DNA of 64,000 nucleotides from an uncultured Gemmatimonadaceae bacterium (GTDB taxonomy: Bacteria; Gemmatimonadota; Gemmatimonadetes; Gemmatimonadales; Gemmatimonadaceae): contig CAWHHI010000016.1 of NCBI GenBank assembly GCA_963829055.1, positions 928,001-992,000 of the forward strand. The letters are read 5' to 3'. The notes under the pieces are model-generated. The model searched no databases. It was not told the origin of the DNA and saw only the letters and a program-made list of their open reading frames with translations. Shown piece after piece: positions 44,969-56,446 of the stretch; the stretch's first letter is position 1; the number at the start of each line of letters is the position of its first letter. The translations under genes were made by a program, and so were the position numbers.

Positions 44969-46323
44969 GCGACCACCGGCGCGCGCTGCCATCCGTCGGC
45001 GCGCTGTTGGAGAGCCCCGAGTTCGCGCCCCTGCTGGCGCGCGCGCCGCGTCCGCTCGTCGTGGACGCGGTTCGTGCGAGCATCGACGCCGTCCGCGCGA
45101 ATCCAGCCACCGCGCCGCAGGACGCGCTCGAGTGGGCGCGCGCCGCCAATGAGCACCTCACAGCACGCGAGCGGCCATCGCTCCGCCCGCTGATCAACGC
45201 CACGGGGGTCGTACTGCACACGAACCTCGGCCGCGCGCCGCTTGCCGCGCCTGCCGTGCAGGCGATCGTCGAGACGGCGGCTGGCGCGTGTAACCTCGAG
45301 TATGACCTCGACAAGGGGGAACGCGGATCACGCTACGTGCACGCCGTGGCGTTGCTGCGCGAGCTCACGGGTGCCGAGGATGCCATCGTCGTCAACAACT
45401 GTGCGTCGGCGCTCGTGCTCGCGCTCAACTCACTCGCGGCGGGACGCGACGCCATTGTGTCGCGCGGCGAGCTGATCGAGATCGGCGGCAGCTTCCGCGT
45501 GCCCGACATCATGGCGAAGAGCGGGGCGACACTCGTCGAAGTCGGCACGACGAATCGCACGCACCTCGCCGACTATCGCGATGCGATCAGCGACTCGACG
45601 GGCGCCATCGTGAAGGTGCACCGCAGCAACTTCGAGGTCCGAGGCTTCGTCGCTGAAGCGGAGTTGGCGGAGCTGTCGCCGGTCGCGCGCGAGCACGCGT
45701 TGCCGCTGTTGTTCGATTTCGGCAGCGGCCTGATGCTCTCCCTCGACGAGTTCGGACTCCGCGGTGAGCCGACCGCCCGCGATGCGGTGCGCGATGGCGC
45801 GACACTCGTCCTCATGAGCGGCGACAAGCTGCTCGGCGGCCCACAGGCGGGCATCATCGTCGGCGACGCGAAGGCCATCGACGCGTGCCGCAAGAATCCA
45901 CTCGCGCGTGCGGTCCGCGTGGACAAGCTGACGCTTGCCGCACTGGAAGCGACGCTCGCCCTCTACCGCGATCCTGCGCGCGCGCTGCGGGAGATCCCGA
46001 CACTGGCGATGCTCACCGCGACAGCGGCGAGCCTCCAATCGCGGGCCGCGCGAGCCGCGTCGCGGCTCCGCGACGCAGGACTCTCGTGCGACGTCATCGA
46101 GACCGAGGCCAGCGTGGGCGGCGGCGCGTTTCCGACGGCCCGGATTGCTTCACGCGCCATCGCTTTCGCTGGCAACGCCGACGAGCTCGAGCGACGCGCG
46201 CGCCTCGGTGCGACACCCGTGATCGGTCGCATCGCGAACGGACGATTCCTCGTGGATATCCGCAGCGTGCCGGAAGCGCTCGACGATCAGCTCGTGCGGG
46301 CATTCGCGGGCTCGCCGACGTGA
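44965..46323 (+). CDS. selA: L-seryl-tRNA(Sec) selenium transferase
   Basis: INATGVVLHTNLGRA, SRGELIEIGGSFR, EVGTTNRT and SGDKLLGGPQAG. Confidence 0.95.
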   Translation: MSDHRRALPSVGALLESPEFAPLLARAPRPLVVDAVRASIDAVRANPATAPQDALEWARAANEHLTARERPSLRPLINATGVVLHTNLGRAPLAAPAVQAIVETAAGACNLEYDLDKGERGSRYVHAVALLRELTGAEDAIVVNNCASALVLALNSLAAGRDAIVSRGELIEIGGSFRVPDIMAKSGATLVEVGTTNRTHLADYRDAISDSTGAIVKVHRSNFEVRGFVAEAELAELSPVAREHALPLLFDFGSGLMLSLDEFGLRGEPTARDAVRDGATLVLMSGDKLLGGPQAGIIVGDAKAIDACRKNPLARAVRVDKLTLAALEATLALYRDPARALREIPTLAMLTATAASLQSRAARAASRLRDAGLSCDVIETEASVGGGAFPTARIASRAIAFAGNADELERRARLGATPVIGRIANGRFLVDIRSVPEALDDQLVRAFAGSPT

Positions 46324-46330
46324 AACGCTC

Positions 46331-46882
46331 GTGAGCCGGCGCGCCGCGTTCCTCGATCGCGACGGGACCATCATCGAGGACGTTCACTACATCGCGAATC
46401 CCGACGACGCACGCCTGCGGCCTGGTGCCGCGGAAGCGATCGCGGCGCTGAACGCACGCGGCGTTGCAGTCGTGGTGATCACGAACCAGAGCGGAATCGC
46501 GCGCGGCATGTTCACCGTCGCCGATTACGAGCGTGTTCGCGACAGAGTCGCGGAACTGCTCGAAGCCGAGGGCGCACGCATCGATGCGACGTACTACTGC
46601 CCACACTTCCCGGACGGAACGCGTGAGTGCCCGTGTCGCAAACCGGGCACCCTCCTGTTCGACGAGGCGATCGCCGATCTCGACATCGATGGCGCAGCGT
46701 CGGTGTTCGCCGGCGATCGCTTGCGTGATGTCATCCCGGCGCAGAAGTACGGCGGAACGGCATTCCTCATCCGTGCGCCGTCGACGCCGGACGCTGAGAT
46801 CGAGCGCGCGCCTTCAGTCGGAGCCATGGTCGTGGACTCGTTGCACGAGGCGGTGCAGCGTTTCCTCGATGGCGTAGCGTGA
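46331..46882 (+). CDS. gmhB: D-glycero-D-manno-heptose 1,7-bisphosphate phosphatase (HAD IIIA)
   Basis: FLDRDGT, TNQSGIARG, CPH...CPCRKP and GDR. Confidence 0.85.
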   Translation: MSRRAAFLDRDGTIIEDVHYIANPDDARLRPGAAEAIAALNARGVAVVVITNQSGIARGMFTVADYERVRDRVAELLEAEGARIDATYYCPHFPDGTRECPCRKPGTLLFDEAIADLDIDGAASVFAGDRLRDVIPAQKYGGTAFLIRAPSTPDAEIERAPSVGAMVVDSLHEAVQRFLDGVA

Positions 46883-46930
46883 TGCACGTCCCCTTCCCTC
46901 GCCCGATCCGCGTCCGGTAACATCCGCCAC

Positions 46931-47632
46931 ATGACAACGCGCGTGGCCGTTCTCGCGTCTGGAAGTGGGTCGAACCTCCAGGCGATCCTCGATCATTTCG
47001 ACACGCTCGGCAGCGCCAGCGCTGCCGCAGTCGTGCTGGTCGCGTCGGATCGCGTCGGTGCCGGCGCCCTCGATCGCGCGCGTCGGCATGGAGTCGAGGC
47101 GATCACGCTCGATCCGCTGACGCGCCGCGATGGATTGGCGCCGCTGCTCGAGTCACACGGCATCGACTTGATCGCGCTCGCGGGCTATCTGCGTTTCGTC
47201 CCAACGGACGTGACACGACGTTGGCGCGGTCGCATGGTGAACGTGCACCCATCGCTGCTGCCAGCATTCGGTGGCTCGGGCATGTACGGGTTGCACGTCC
47301 ATCAGGCGGTGATCTCGGCAGGGGTCCGCGTGACTGGTGCGACGGTGCACTTCGTCGACGAGGAGTACGACCACGGCGCGATCATCGCGCAATGGCCCGT
47401 CCCCGTGCTGGCCACCGACACAGGCGAGGAACTGGCGCGGCGCGTGCTCGATGTGGAGCACGCGCTCTACCCGGCGGCCGTGCACGCAGTAGCCGAGGGT
47501 CGTATCACGTTAGGCGACGATGGTGTCGTGCGTGGACTCATGGGTCCGTCGCGCTCGTGCGCGGCATACGCATTGTCGTCCGCCCCGTCACCGTCGATGG
47601 CTGACACGCTGTTCGCCCGTCCGGATCGTTGA
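46931..47632 (+). CDS. purN: Phosphoribosylglycinamide formyltransferase
   Basis: SGSGSNLQA, LAGY, NVHPSLLP and GATVHFVDEEYDHG. Confidence 0.96.
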   Translation: MTTRVAVLASGSGSNLQAILDHFDTLGSASAAAVVLVASDRVGAGALDRARRHGVEAITLDPLTRRDGLAPLLESHGIDLIALAGYLRFVPTDVTRRWRGRMVNVHPSLLPAFGGSGMYGLHVHQAVISAGVRVTGATVHFVDEEYDHGAIIAQWPVPVLATDTGEELARRVLDVEHALYPAAVHAVAEGRITLGDDGVVRGLMGPSRSCAAYALSSAPSPSMADTLFARPDR

Positions 47633-47687
47633 GCAACACGCACCAGCTCGCACGCAGCTACCCACCCAGCAACCAGCGCCGTTACCA

Positions 47688-49222
47688 ATGCCAAGGGCTC
47701 TTCTTTCCGTTTCCGATAAATCCGGCCTGATCGACTTCGCCCGCGGCCTGCGCGCGCTCGAGTGGGAGATCATCTCTACCGGGGGCACCGCGAAAGCGTT
47801 GCGCGATGCCGCCATTCCTGTGCGAGACGTGGCCGAGGTCACGCGGTTTCCAGAGATGCTCGATGGGCGAGTGAAGACGTTGCACCCCGTCGTGCACGGC
47901 GGATTGCTCGCGCGCCGCGACCTCGAGGAGCACATGACCGCGCTCGCGGATCAGGGCATCGACACGATCGACCTCGTCGCCGTCAACCTCTACCCGTTCC
48001 GCGAGACCGCGTCTCGGCCTAACGTGCATCCGGACGCTGTGGTCGAGCAGATCGACATCGGCGGCCCGTCGATGCTGCGGTCGGCGGCGAAGAATTTCTC
48101 GTCCGTGTTCGCCGTCGTGGATCCGGAGGACTACCCGCGTGTGCTGGCGGCGCTGCAGGCGCAGGATGATGATGTCGATCTCCGACGCACCCTCGCGGCG
48201 AAGGTGTTCGCCCACACTGGTGCGTACGATGCCGCCATCGCGATGTGGTTCGCGGAGCAGCGCGGCGAGCTGTTCCCGTCGCAGATCACCGTCTCGTTCG
48301 ACCGCGCGCAGTCGCTGCGCTACGGTGAAAATCCCGGGCAGCGCGCCGCCTTCTACGTCGAGCGTGGCCTTGGCGGCCTCGCCGCGCTCCAGCAGCGCGG
48401 CGGGAAGGAGCTGTCGTTCAATAACCTGTTGGATCTCGAAGGGGCGCTGATCGCCACCGACCCGTTCGCGGGCGAGATCGCCTGCGCGATCGTGAAGCAC
48501 ACGACGCCGTGCGGCCTCGCGGTTGGCGCGTCGCCGGTCGAAGCGTATCGCAAGGCGCTCGCGTGTGACCCGGTGTCCGCGTTCGGCTCGGTGATCTCGT
48601 TCACCACGGCCGTGGACGTCGACGCCGCCGAAGCGGTGTCGAGCCTGTTCGTCGAGTGCGTCGTCGCACCGGAGTTCTCACCGGAAGCCCTCGACGTGCT
48701 CGGCCGCAAGAAGAACCTGCGCGTGCTCGTGGGCACCGCGCGCTGGTCGCCGCGCGCGCTCGACTTCAAGCGCGTGCGCGGCGGCGTGCTCGCACAGGAA
48801 CGCGCGCCTAACGCTGCGCGATGACGCGTCATGGCAAGTCGTGACGCGGCGCCAGCCGACGGCCGAGGAGCGCCGGGACATGCTGTTCGCCTGGCGGGCG
48901 GTAGGGTCCGTCAAGTCGAACGCGATCGTGCTCGTACGCGACGGCGCGACGATCGGCATCGGGGCCGGCCAGATGTCGCGGGTAGACGCGGCGTTCGTGT
49001 CGGTGCACAAGGCCAGGACGGCCGGTCATGAGACGGCCGGGCGCCGTTCTCGGCTCCGACGCCTACTTCCCGTTCCGTGACGGCGTCGACCAGGCGGTCG
49101 AGGCGGGTGTGAAGGCGATTGTCCAGCCTGGTGGCTCGATCCGGGACGCCGAGGTGATTGCGGCCGCGGACGAGCATGGGGTGGCGATGGTGTTCACGGG
49201 ACAGAGGCAGTTCCGTCATTGA
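47688..49222 (+). CDS. purH: Bifunctional AICAR transformylase/IMP cyclohydrolase (frameshifts near 48825 and 49030)
   Basis: [53 protein letters not shown] and RQFRH*. Confidence 0.96.
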
Positions 49223-49337
49223 GCTATCAGCCATCAGCCATCAGCCATCAGCTAACGGCCAGAGGCGTCAGCAGGGTAGTTTTGAGCCTTCGCCGTCAGT
49301 GCTTTGCTGATGGCTGATGGCTGATGGCTGATGGCTG
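49222..49337. repeat. Inverted arrays of heptamer (CCATCAG)n / (CTGATGG)n
   Basis: About 4 units at 49222-49252 and about 4 complementary units at 49306-49337. Confidence 0.85.
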
Positions 49338-49434
49338 CTGCTCCGGTGACCTTTCTTCCGCCACCCTGGTTGTATCTCGGGACCCACCGCACCCGCGTCT
49401 GGGCCCGTGTTTCTTTCAATTACCTGGACCGCTG

Positions 49435-51731
49435 ATGGCTTCCACTGTTTCAGCCGATCTCGACTATCGGCCGTCGTATCTCGCGGCCGGCATCGCTTCG
49501 GTACTCGTGCTGACGCTCTACATCATCACACTGGCGCCTTCGACCGCCATGTGGGACACGAGCGAGTACATCGCCGCCGCGTACATCCTCGGACTGCCGC
49601 ACCCACCGGGCAATCCGTTCTTCGTGCTCATCGGGAAATTCTTCTCGCTGCTGCCGATCGCGAGCTCGATCGCCGCGCGCGTCAACATCCTTGCGGCGGT
49701 TTCGAGCGCCGTATCGGCCGGCATGTGGTTCCTGATCACCGAGCGCGTGCTCGTGAGCTGGTTCCCGCGTCGCTGGCAGCGTATCGCCGGCGGATCGGTC
49801 GCGGCGCTCATCGGCGCCACGGCCTTCACGGTCTGGAGCCAGTCGGTCGTCAACGAGAAGGTGTACACGGTCAGCCTCGTCGGTCTCGCGCTCTGCTCCT
49901 GGATCACGGTCCGCTGGTGCGACGAGCCCGATGGCTACAAGGCCGATCGTCTCCTCGTGCTCGTCGCGTACCTCCTGGGACTCGGCTACGCGAACCACAT
50001 GGCCGGCATGCTCGCCGCGCCGGCCGTCGCGATCGCCGTACTGATTCGCCGCCCGCGCACGCTGCTCCGCTGGAAGCTGCTGCTCGCGCTGGTAGGCGCC
50101 GCCTTCCTCGGCATCACGCCGTTCGCCACACAGCCCATCCGCGCCGCGTTCTTCCCGGCGATCAACGAGGGAGAGCCGACCGCCTGCCGCACGGAGCTCA
50201 AGGCCGACTGCACGTTCTCCGCGGGGACGTGGCAGGCGTTCAAGTACAACTTCAACCGCGAGCAGTACGGGAAGCCGCCGGTCATCGAGCGACAGGCGCC
50301 CATTCGGGGCGCAGATCGGGATGTGGTGGCTCTACTTCAAGTGGCAGTGGCTGCGCGACGCGCACGGCGAGATGCCCGCGCTTCAGGTGACGCTCGCGAC
50401 CGTCTTCCTCATACTCGGCCTGCTCGGCGGGTGGGTGCACTGGCAGCGAGACCGACGATCGTTCTGGTTCTTCGGTCCGCTGATGTTCACCATGACGCTG
50501 CTGCTCATCTACTACCTGAACTTCAAGTACGGGTATTCGCAGGATCCGGAGCTCGGCGACAACGTCGCGCGCGAAGTCCGCGACCGAGACTACTTCTACC
50601 TGTGGAGCTTCTCCGCCTGGAGCGTGTGGGCCGCGCTCGGGCTGGCGTACGTCTGGGAGACGATCGCCGCGCTCGTCGGGTCGGAAACCGTTAGGCTCGG
50701 CCGCGAGAGCCTGCAGATGCCGCGCAAGCAGAGCTGGCTCGTCGCCTCACCGATCCTCGCGCTCGCGTTCGTGCCGCTGTTCGGCAACTGGAACGCGGCG
50801 TCGCGGCGTGACGACACGACGACGCGCGACTTCGCCGCGGATCTGCTGAATTCGGTCGAGCCGTACGGCATTCTCGTCACCGTCGGCGACAACGACACGT
50901 TCCCGCTCTGGTACGCGCAGGAAGTGGAGGGCATTCGCCCCGACGTCATCGTCGCGAACACGTCGCTGCTCAACACCGACTGGTATACGCGGCAGCTCAT
51001 CCGCGCCCCAGTACGCGAGTACGATCGCCGCGAAGGGGCCGGCGATCTACCGCGGCGGAACTGGAAGAAGCCGTCCGGCCCGCCGGTCAACATGACGATG
51101 GATGAGGCGGACGCGATCCCGCTCGCGTACGACATGCGTGAGCCGCAACAGTTCACCGCCGGAAACATCCAGGCGACGATCTCGCCGCGCACGCTCACGC
51201 GCGCCGACATCTTCGTGCTGCGCATGATCAAGGACAACGTCGGACGCCCGATCTACTTCAGCCGCACCTCGGGTGGCTACGGCAGCCAGGAGTTCGGCCT
51301 CGGACCGTACCTCGTGACGCAGGGTCTCGCGCGAAAGCTCGTGCCGGACATTCCACGCGCCGCGAGCCGCGACACGATGCTCATCCCGGGCGAGGGCTTC
51401 GTCGACGTGAAACGCAGCACGGTTCTGTGGGACAGCGTGTTCCAGGCGCCGAAGTCCATCATCAAGAAGGGAGACTGGCCGGACCGCGCGTCGGTCGGCA
51501 TTCCCGCGCTCTTCGTGTCCACGGGGTTCATGATCGCGGAGGCGCAGCGAACACTCGGGAACGCGACCGAGGCACAACGCATCCTCGCCACGCGCTGAAG
51601 GCGTGGCGCGTGCGACGCGGCTGTCCGACCTGTTCAACGCGGTGCAACAAATGCCGCCGTTAGGCGCGGAAGGCGACAGTCGCGCGCTGCCGATTCCGTT
51701 GCCCGTCAAACCGGAGAGCGGAAAGAAGTAG
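49435..51731 (+). CDS. DUF2723-like GT-C fold membrane protein (frameshifted)
   Basis: LAPSTAMWDTSEY..LGLPHPPGNP, REVRDRDYFY and GDNDTFPLWY.Q.VEG.R.DV. Confidence 0.85.
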
Positions 51732-51736
51732 CGACC

Positions 51737-51845
51737 TGTCATCCCGAGCGCCAGCGTAGGGACCGTCTCGAACGTCATTGTGGCCGGACTTGCTACGATG
51801 ACGGTCAGAGAAGGTCCCTCGCCGTTTCACTCCTCGGGATGCACA
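51737..51845. repeat. REP-like palindromic element
   Basis: TGTCATCCCGAG...AGGGACC ... GGTCCCT...CTCGGGATGCACA between convergent genes. Confidence 0.6.
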
Positions 51846-51879
51846 ACTCCGATGCTGGGCCGGGTTGCGCCTCGTCCGC

Positions 51880-52710
51880 CTAACGCGGCGTGAACGCGAT
51901 GCGGATCGACGTGATGTACACCGACGTCGATCCCTCGAACCCCGAATCGACGCCGACGACGAGCCAGAGCCGCCCGCTCGCGTCGGTGGAGATCGTGACT
52001 GGCGTCGCACCGCTATCGAACTCCTTGAGCTCGTACCTCGGCACCGCGCAGTTCGCGTTCGACGTCGCGATGTTGCCGAGCGGCGTAGCGTCGCGCCCGC
52101 CGGCGAGTTGGGAGCCGTGGTCGAAGTTCGCGCGATAGTACTGCGCGGCATCGACCACACGCCCGGGCTCCACGGACGTCGCACCGGCCTTCAGCACGAC
52201 CGATTCGCCCGGCGCGCCGCCGATGCCCACGCAGTTGCGCGGCGCGTTGGTCGCGAGCGTCACCCGGAAGCGCGCGTCGTACTGCGCGTTAGGCATGAGG
52301 CCCGTCACGCCGTGCGTGACGTACATGAACAGATCGTCGCTCCGGTTCTCGCCGCTGAGGCGAATGCCCTTGCGTGACACGTCGAGCGGCGCGGGCAGCG
52401 CCGCGAGCGACGCGCCGATCGCCCACTCGGCTTCCTTCCCCACCGGATAGTCGGTGAAACCCGCGACCCAGCCCTGGTAGTCGCTCGAGAAGTCGAACGC
52501 GATGTCGTAGCTGTCGTCGCTGATGCCTGTGGAATCGCCGCAGGCGCCGATCGTGGTCGCGAACACCGCGGAAAGCATCGCGATCGCGATGCGAGGCCAC
52601 ACGCGTCGCGGGTCGGGCGTCGCGTGGCGTTGGCCATCTCGTACTGCGTGGTGACTCATGATATGACGGCAACTCGGTCGGTGTGATTCCGGATGAGGCA
52701 TGGTGGACAC
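51880..52710 (-). CDS. Hypothetical lipoprotein (true start probably downstream of 52710)
   Basis: Lipobox IGAC; FTDYP, NRSDDLFMY and VGVDSGFEG. Confidence 0.7.
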   Translation of the reverse strand: MSTMPHPESHRPSCRHIMSHHAVRDGQRHATPDPRRVWPRIAIAMLSAVFATTIGACGDSTGISDDSYDIAFDFSSDYQGWVAGFTDYPVGKEAEWAIGASLAALPAPLDVSRKGIRLSGENRSDDLFMYVTHGVTGLMPNAQYDARFRVTLATNAPRNCVGIGGAPGESVVLKAGATSVEPGRVVDAAQYYRANFDHGSQLAGGRDATPLGNIATSNANCAVPRYELKEFDSGATPVTISTDASGRLWLVVGVDSGFEGSTSVYITSIRIAFTPR

Positions 52711-52741
52711 AGCGGCATTTCTCGCGCGTCCAGCATGCCTA

Positions 52742-52783
52742 ACCTCGAACGCTCACCAGGCGTCACGGGTGAGCGTTCGAGGT
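52742..52783. terminator. Long hairpin after the M28 peptidase gene
   Basis: ACCTCGAACGCTCACC / GGTGAGCGTTCGAGGT perfect 16-bp stem; no clear U tract. Confidence 0.55.
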
Positions 52784-52815
52784 ACCACACCGAGCGGTCA
52801 GTCTACTTCGCGCGC

Positions 52816-54550
52816 CTACTGCGTGCACGCGCCGTTGGGATCCGGCTTCGGCTTGTCGACAACCGGCCTGTGATCCAGGTCCGCGACGCGTACGGCGACG
52901 TCGCGAATGAACCGGGTGACACGCAGATACTGATCGAAGTCGAGATACTGCGGCTCGTCGGTCACCTGGTGGTAGTCGCGATGACCACCCGTGGTGAAGA
53001 ACACGATCGGAATGCCGTAGCGCGCATACATGTAGTGATCGCTGCGGCAGTCAGATGTTCTGCGGGTGTCCGTCGGCATCGAGGCCATAGTCGAGCGTGA
53101 GTGCGGCCTTCGTCTTCGTGTTGACGTCCTCGACGAGGTCACCGAGCTCCGTCGATAGCCGGCGCGATCCGATGAGCTGTACGTACCCTTCGTCGCGCCC
53201 GTGGAGCAGCCCGCCGTCCTTGCTCTGGCCAGTGATGTCGCTCGTGGCGCCGCGCCCGATCATGTCCACGTTGAGCTGCGCGACGATCGAATCGCGCGGC
53301 ACGGTCGGGTGATCGGTGTAGTAGCGCGAGCCGAGCATGCCTTCCTCTTCGCCCATGTGCCACACGAAGAGCAGCGAGCGCTTCGGCTTCTCCTTCGCGG
53401 ACGCGAACGCTTCGGCGATCTCGAGCACGCCCATCGAGCCCGAGCCATCGTCGTCGGCGCCGTTGTTGATCGAGTCGAGCCGGGCGGGGTGCAGCGCACG
53501 CAGGCTGTCGGTCATCGCGCGGATGCGCGCGATCTCGTCAGGCGTCGCCGGCCGAGGCGGACTGTCGGCACCCTGCGGCCTAACGACAGTGTTGAACACG
53601 CGGATCGAGTCGTGGTCGACGGCGCCGTTCGCGCGCACGCCGACGTGATCGCTGTGCGCGCCAATCGCGACGTACTCGCCCTTGAGCTTCGCGTCGCTGC
53701 CGGGAAGAATCGCGACCACGTTGCGGCCCGGACGTCGGGCGAGCACGAACTTCACGTTCAGCTGCACGCTCTTGCCCGGCGCGCCTTTCGCGGCCGATGC
53801 GACCGGCGCGCCGAGCAACGCCTCGCCCGCGGTGCTCGTGAGCTGAAGGAACGCCGGCGTCGTCGGTGCGGAATCGGGCACGAGCTGCACGAACGTCGAC
53901 GGCGTGAACGCGTTGAGGAGCGCCGGTCGCGAGAACTGCGGCGCCGCCGACCGTGGCGATCATCGCCGCCGCGCTGACGGTCTCCATGTAGCGCTTGTAG
54001 CCCTCGGACGCGATGAACGCCTGGACATCGACTCGGCTGCCCGGCCGCGGGACGCAACACCAACAGCTTGCCGCGCACCTGATCGGGCGTGAGCACGTTC
54101 GTGGTGTCGATCGCCTGCCGCCGTAGATGACGTCGAGCGTGCGCGTGATCGGTGGCATCCCGAGTGGCGCATTCGCCAGGAAATCCGCGCCCGGCTTGAG
54201 CATCTGTCTCGCCGATCTGAATCGTCGACGACTGAGTCCATCGTCTGCACGCCGAACGGCACATCCTGGAAGTAGGTGCCCTTGTCGCCGGCGGGCTGCA
54301 GGCCGAGTCGCTTGAGCTCACCCGCGATGTACTCGGTGCCCTTCATCGCTTCGTCGCTGCCGGCCATCCGCCCGCGCATGGAGTCGTCGGCGAACCGGTA
54401 GATGCGCGTCATGAGATCAGCGGCCGTGATCTCCGGCGTGGTCTTCTTCGGATCGAGCTTGAGCGGCAACGACTGCGTCGGATGCTGGGCCAGGGCGGCC
54501 GAGCCGGCGATGAACAGCGCCGTCGGAAGAAGCGTACGAATGGTCTGCAT
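52816..54550 (-). CDS. M28 family peptidase (multiple frameshifts)
   Basis: GAHSDH, NGADDDGSG, GEEEGMLGS, NVDMIGR, RSDH and DYHQVTDE. Confidence 0.9.
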
Positions 54551-54753
54551 GTGACGGGTGAGTCAGGTTGGAGAGAACCCCGGGGCGACGGGGACGGCGG
54601 TACTCGTCGAAAGGTGTGCGGCGGTAGCGCGCTGTGTGACACCCGGTATGACGAGCCGCGCCCTACCAGCACGCCCGGCAGCTACGATGAGAAGGCCGCG
54701 GCCAAGCTCCGAGGGTTGACCCACGAGGAACGCCGAATAGACTGCGTATCCCG

Positions 54754-54836
54754 GGAGGGCTGGCAGAATGGCTAATGCAGCGGTCTTGAAAACCGCCGTC
54801 CGAAAGGACTTGGGGGTTCGAATCCCTCGCCCTCCG
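54754..54836 (+). tRNA. tRNA-Ser (TGA)
   Basis: GGAGGGC/GCCCTCC acceptor, anticodon loop CTTGAAA, long variable arm, GTTCGAATC. Confidence 0.95.
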
Positions 54837-55096
54837 CTTTATGTGACAACGAGTTGCGCGGCGAGTGACCCGGGAAAACATGTAGGGCCTCGCAGACGGT
54901 TGGACACGTGCGTGGACAGAAGGGACCGCAGCACGGTACTGGCGGCCCGTTCTGAACGTATTGCGGTGGGACCGCCACGAGTCATTGTGGAGGCGAAGCT
55001 ATTTCGCCACGTGGAGGCGCGGCGGGCCGAGCTCGAGGACGGGCGGCCAAGCCTCTAGCGTTTCGGCCCTGGGAATGGGCACCTAACGACCGAGCG

Positions 55097-55465
55097 TCAC
55101 TGCCGAAGCACCATCTTCAAGTTGACGACGTAGGGCGACCCCTTTGCCGTACACGGCAACACGCCCGACGCGGGGTAATAGCCGCCGCCCGAGGCATAGG
55201 CCGCGACGGTGAGTCCGGCGCTCTCTCGGCACTGGCTGTCGGAGAACGTGAGCTCGTAGCGCCCGGCAGCGTTCGTCCGCGTCGTGGCCACGGTTTCCCC
55301 TAACGGCTGCTGCACTTCGATCTCGGCCTCGAACGGCGCGCCGGTCGCGGCGTAGGTGACGGTCCCCGAGAGATAGAAGGTGCCGGCCGGTTGGACCGGG
55401 TTCGTGTCCCCGCACGCGCTAGCCGCGACCAGCAGTCCGAGCCCTCGTAGCGTCGTCGTGCGCAT
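55097..55465 (-). CDS. Hypothetical lipoprotein
   Basis: MRTTTLRGLGLLVAASAC lipobox; beta-rich, TNAAGRYEL. Confidence 0.65.
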   Translation of the reverse strand: MRTTTLRGLGLLVAASACGDTNPVQPAGTFYLSGTVTYAATGAPFEAEIEVQQPLGETVATTRTNAAGRYELTFSDSQCRESAGLTVAAYASGGGYYPASGVLPCTAKGSPYVVNLKMVLRQ

Positions 55466-55628
55466 GCCGTGCACCGGTGGGCGAGTGTCGAGCGAACATG
55501 CGCCGGGCGGCATCAGCGCGCTAGACCGCCGGCGCTGCGCAGGTCCGCTCCGCCGGGTCGCGATCGAGGCGCAGCGGCCCACGGTTGCCTAACGCGATAT
55601 TGTCGTCGAAGCACGCGCGCGCTCCCGC

Positions 55629-56009
55629 TCACCGAGGACTGGAGTTCGCCTCACCCTGCCACTCCGCGGCGAAGCGCCTGAGGTCGATGATGTCGAACGG
55701 CTTCCGGATGATGGGGCGGTCGATCGCCGCCAGCGGTGCCGAGCTCTGCGCGTCAGCGCTGCCGGTCACGAACGCGACGCGCTCAGCGAGGTCGGGACGG
55801 TGGACGACGAGCCAGTGGTAGAGGTCGATGCCACTCCCATCGCGGAGTTGGATGTCGAGTAACGCGCCGGCGATGTCGGCCCGCTCCGCCAGTGCCACCT
55901 TCGCGGCGCCCACCCCATCGACGGACACGACCGCGAACCCGAACGCCGTGAGCGCTCAATGGACCACGTCGCGAACCGAATCGCTGTCTTCAACGTGCAG
56001 AATCGCCAT
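55629..56009 (-). pseudogene. Receiver-domain response regulator with in-frame TGA at codon 18; paralog of 14797..15177
   Basis: MAILHVEDSDSVRDVVH*ALTAFGF...; same 381-nt length as the intact copy. Confidence 0.75.
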
Positions 56010-56446
56010 TGGACCGCCCTGAAAGAATACGGGACACGACTGCGTCGCTGACGAAGCGGCGCCGGCCTTGGCCCCTGCGGAGTACGCGAAGGTCGTCGGT
56101 CACACCTGGTGTACCGGGTGCCCGGTGGCGAAGACAGGCGAGCCTACTAACCGACAACGTGCTGCTGCTTCGCATCCAAAGCAATCTGTGGGCCGAACGC
56201 GTCGCAATAGCAGACAATGACGTACCCACCAATGCGCCCGCCCGCTCCCGCGTCATCGGAGAGGGAGACGGGAAGGCGGTAACCACACCTAACGTTGTCC
56301 GGCCCACGGCTGTGCACGATGGGCTCCATCGCGGCCCGCGACACATCGCGAGTGATCGCCTGGCGAGCGTCGAGCATGCGCCAGCTCGCATTCATTGCCG
56401 AGTACTGGCCGCGTGACACGCGGGGCCGTGCGGGCTGGCGAGTCGG

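Noticed and set aside
55956..55958. In-frame TGA as selenocysteine, given selA nearby
   Set aside because: The paralog has Arg (CGC) at this position, not Cys; a CGA-to-TGA change or a read error is simpler.
56147..56419. Possible small ORF between the receiver pseudogene and the L,D-transpeptidase
   Set aside because: No recognisable motif or RBS, and no frame is clearly favoured.
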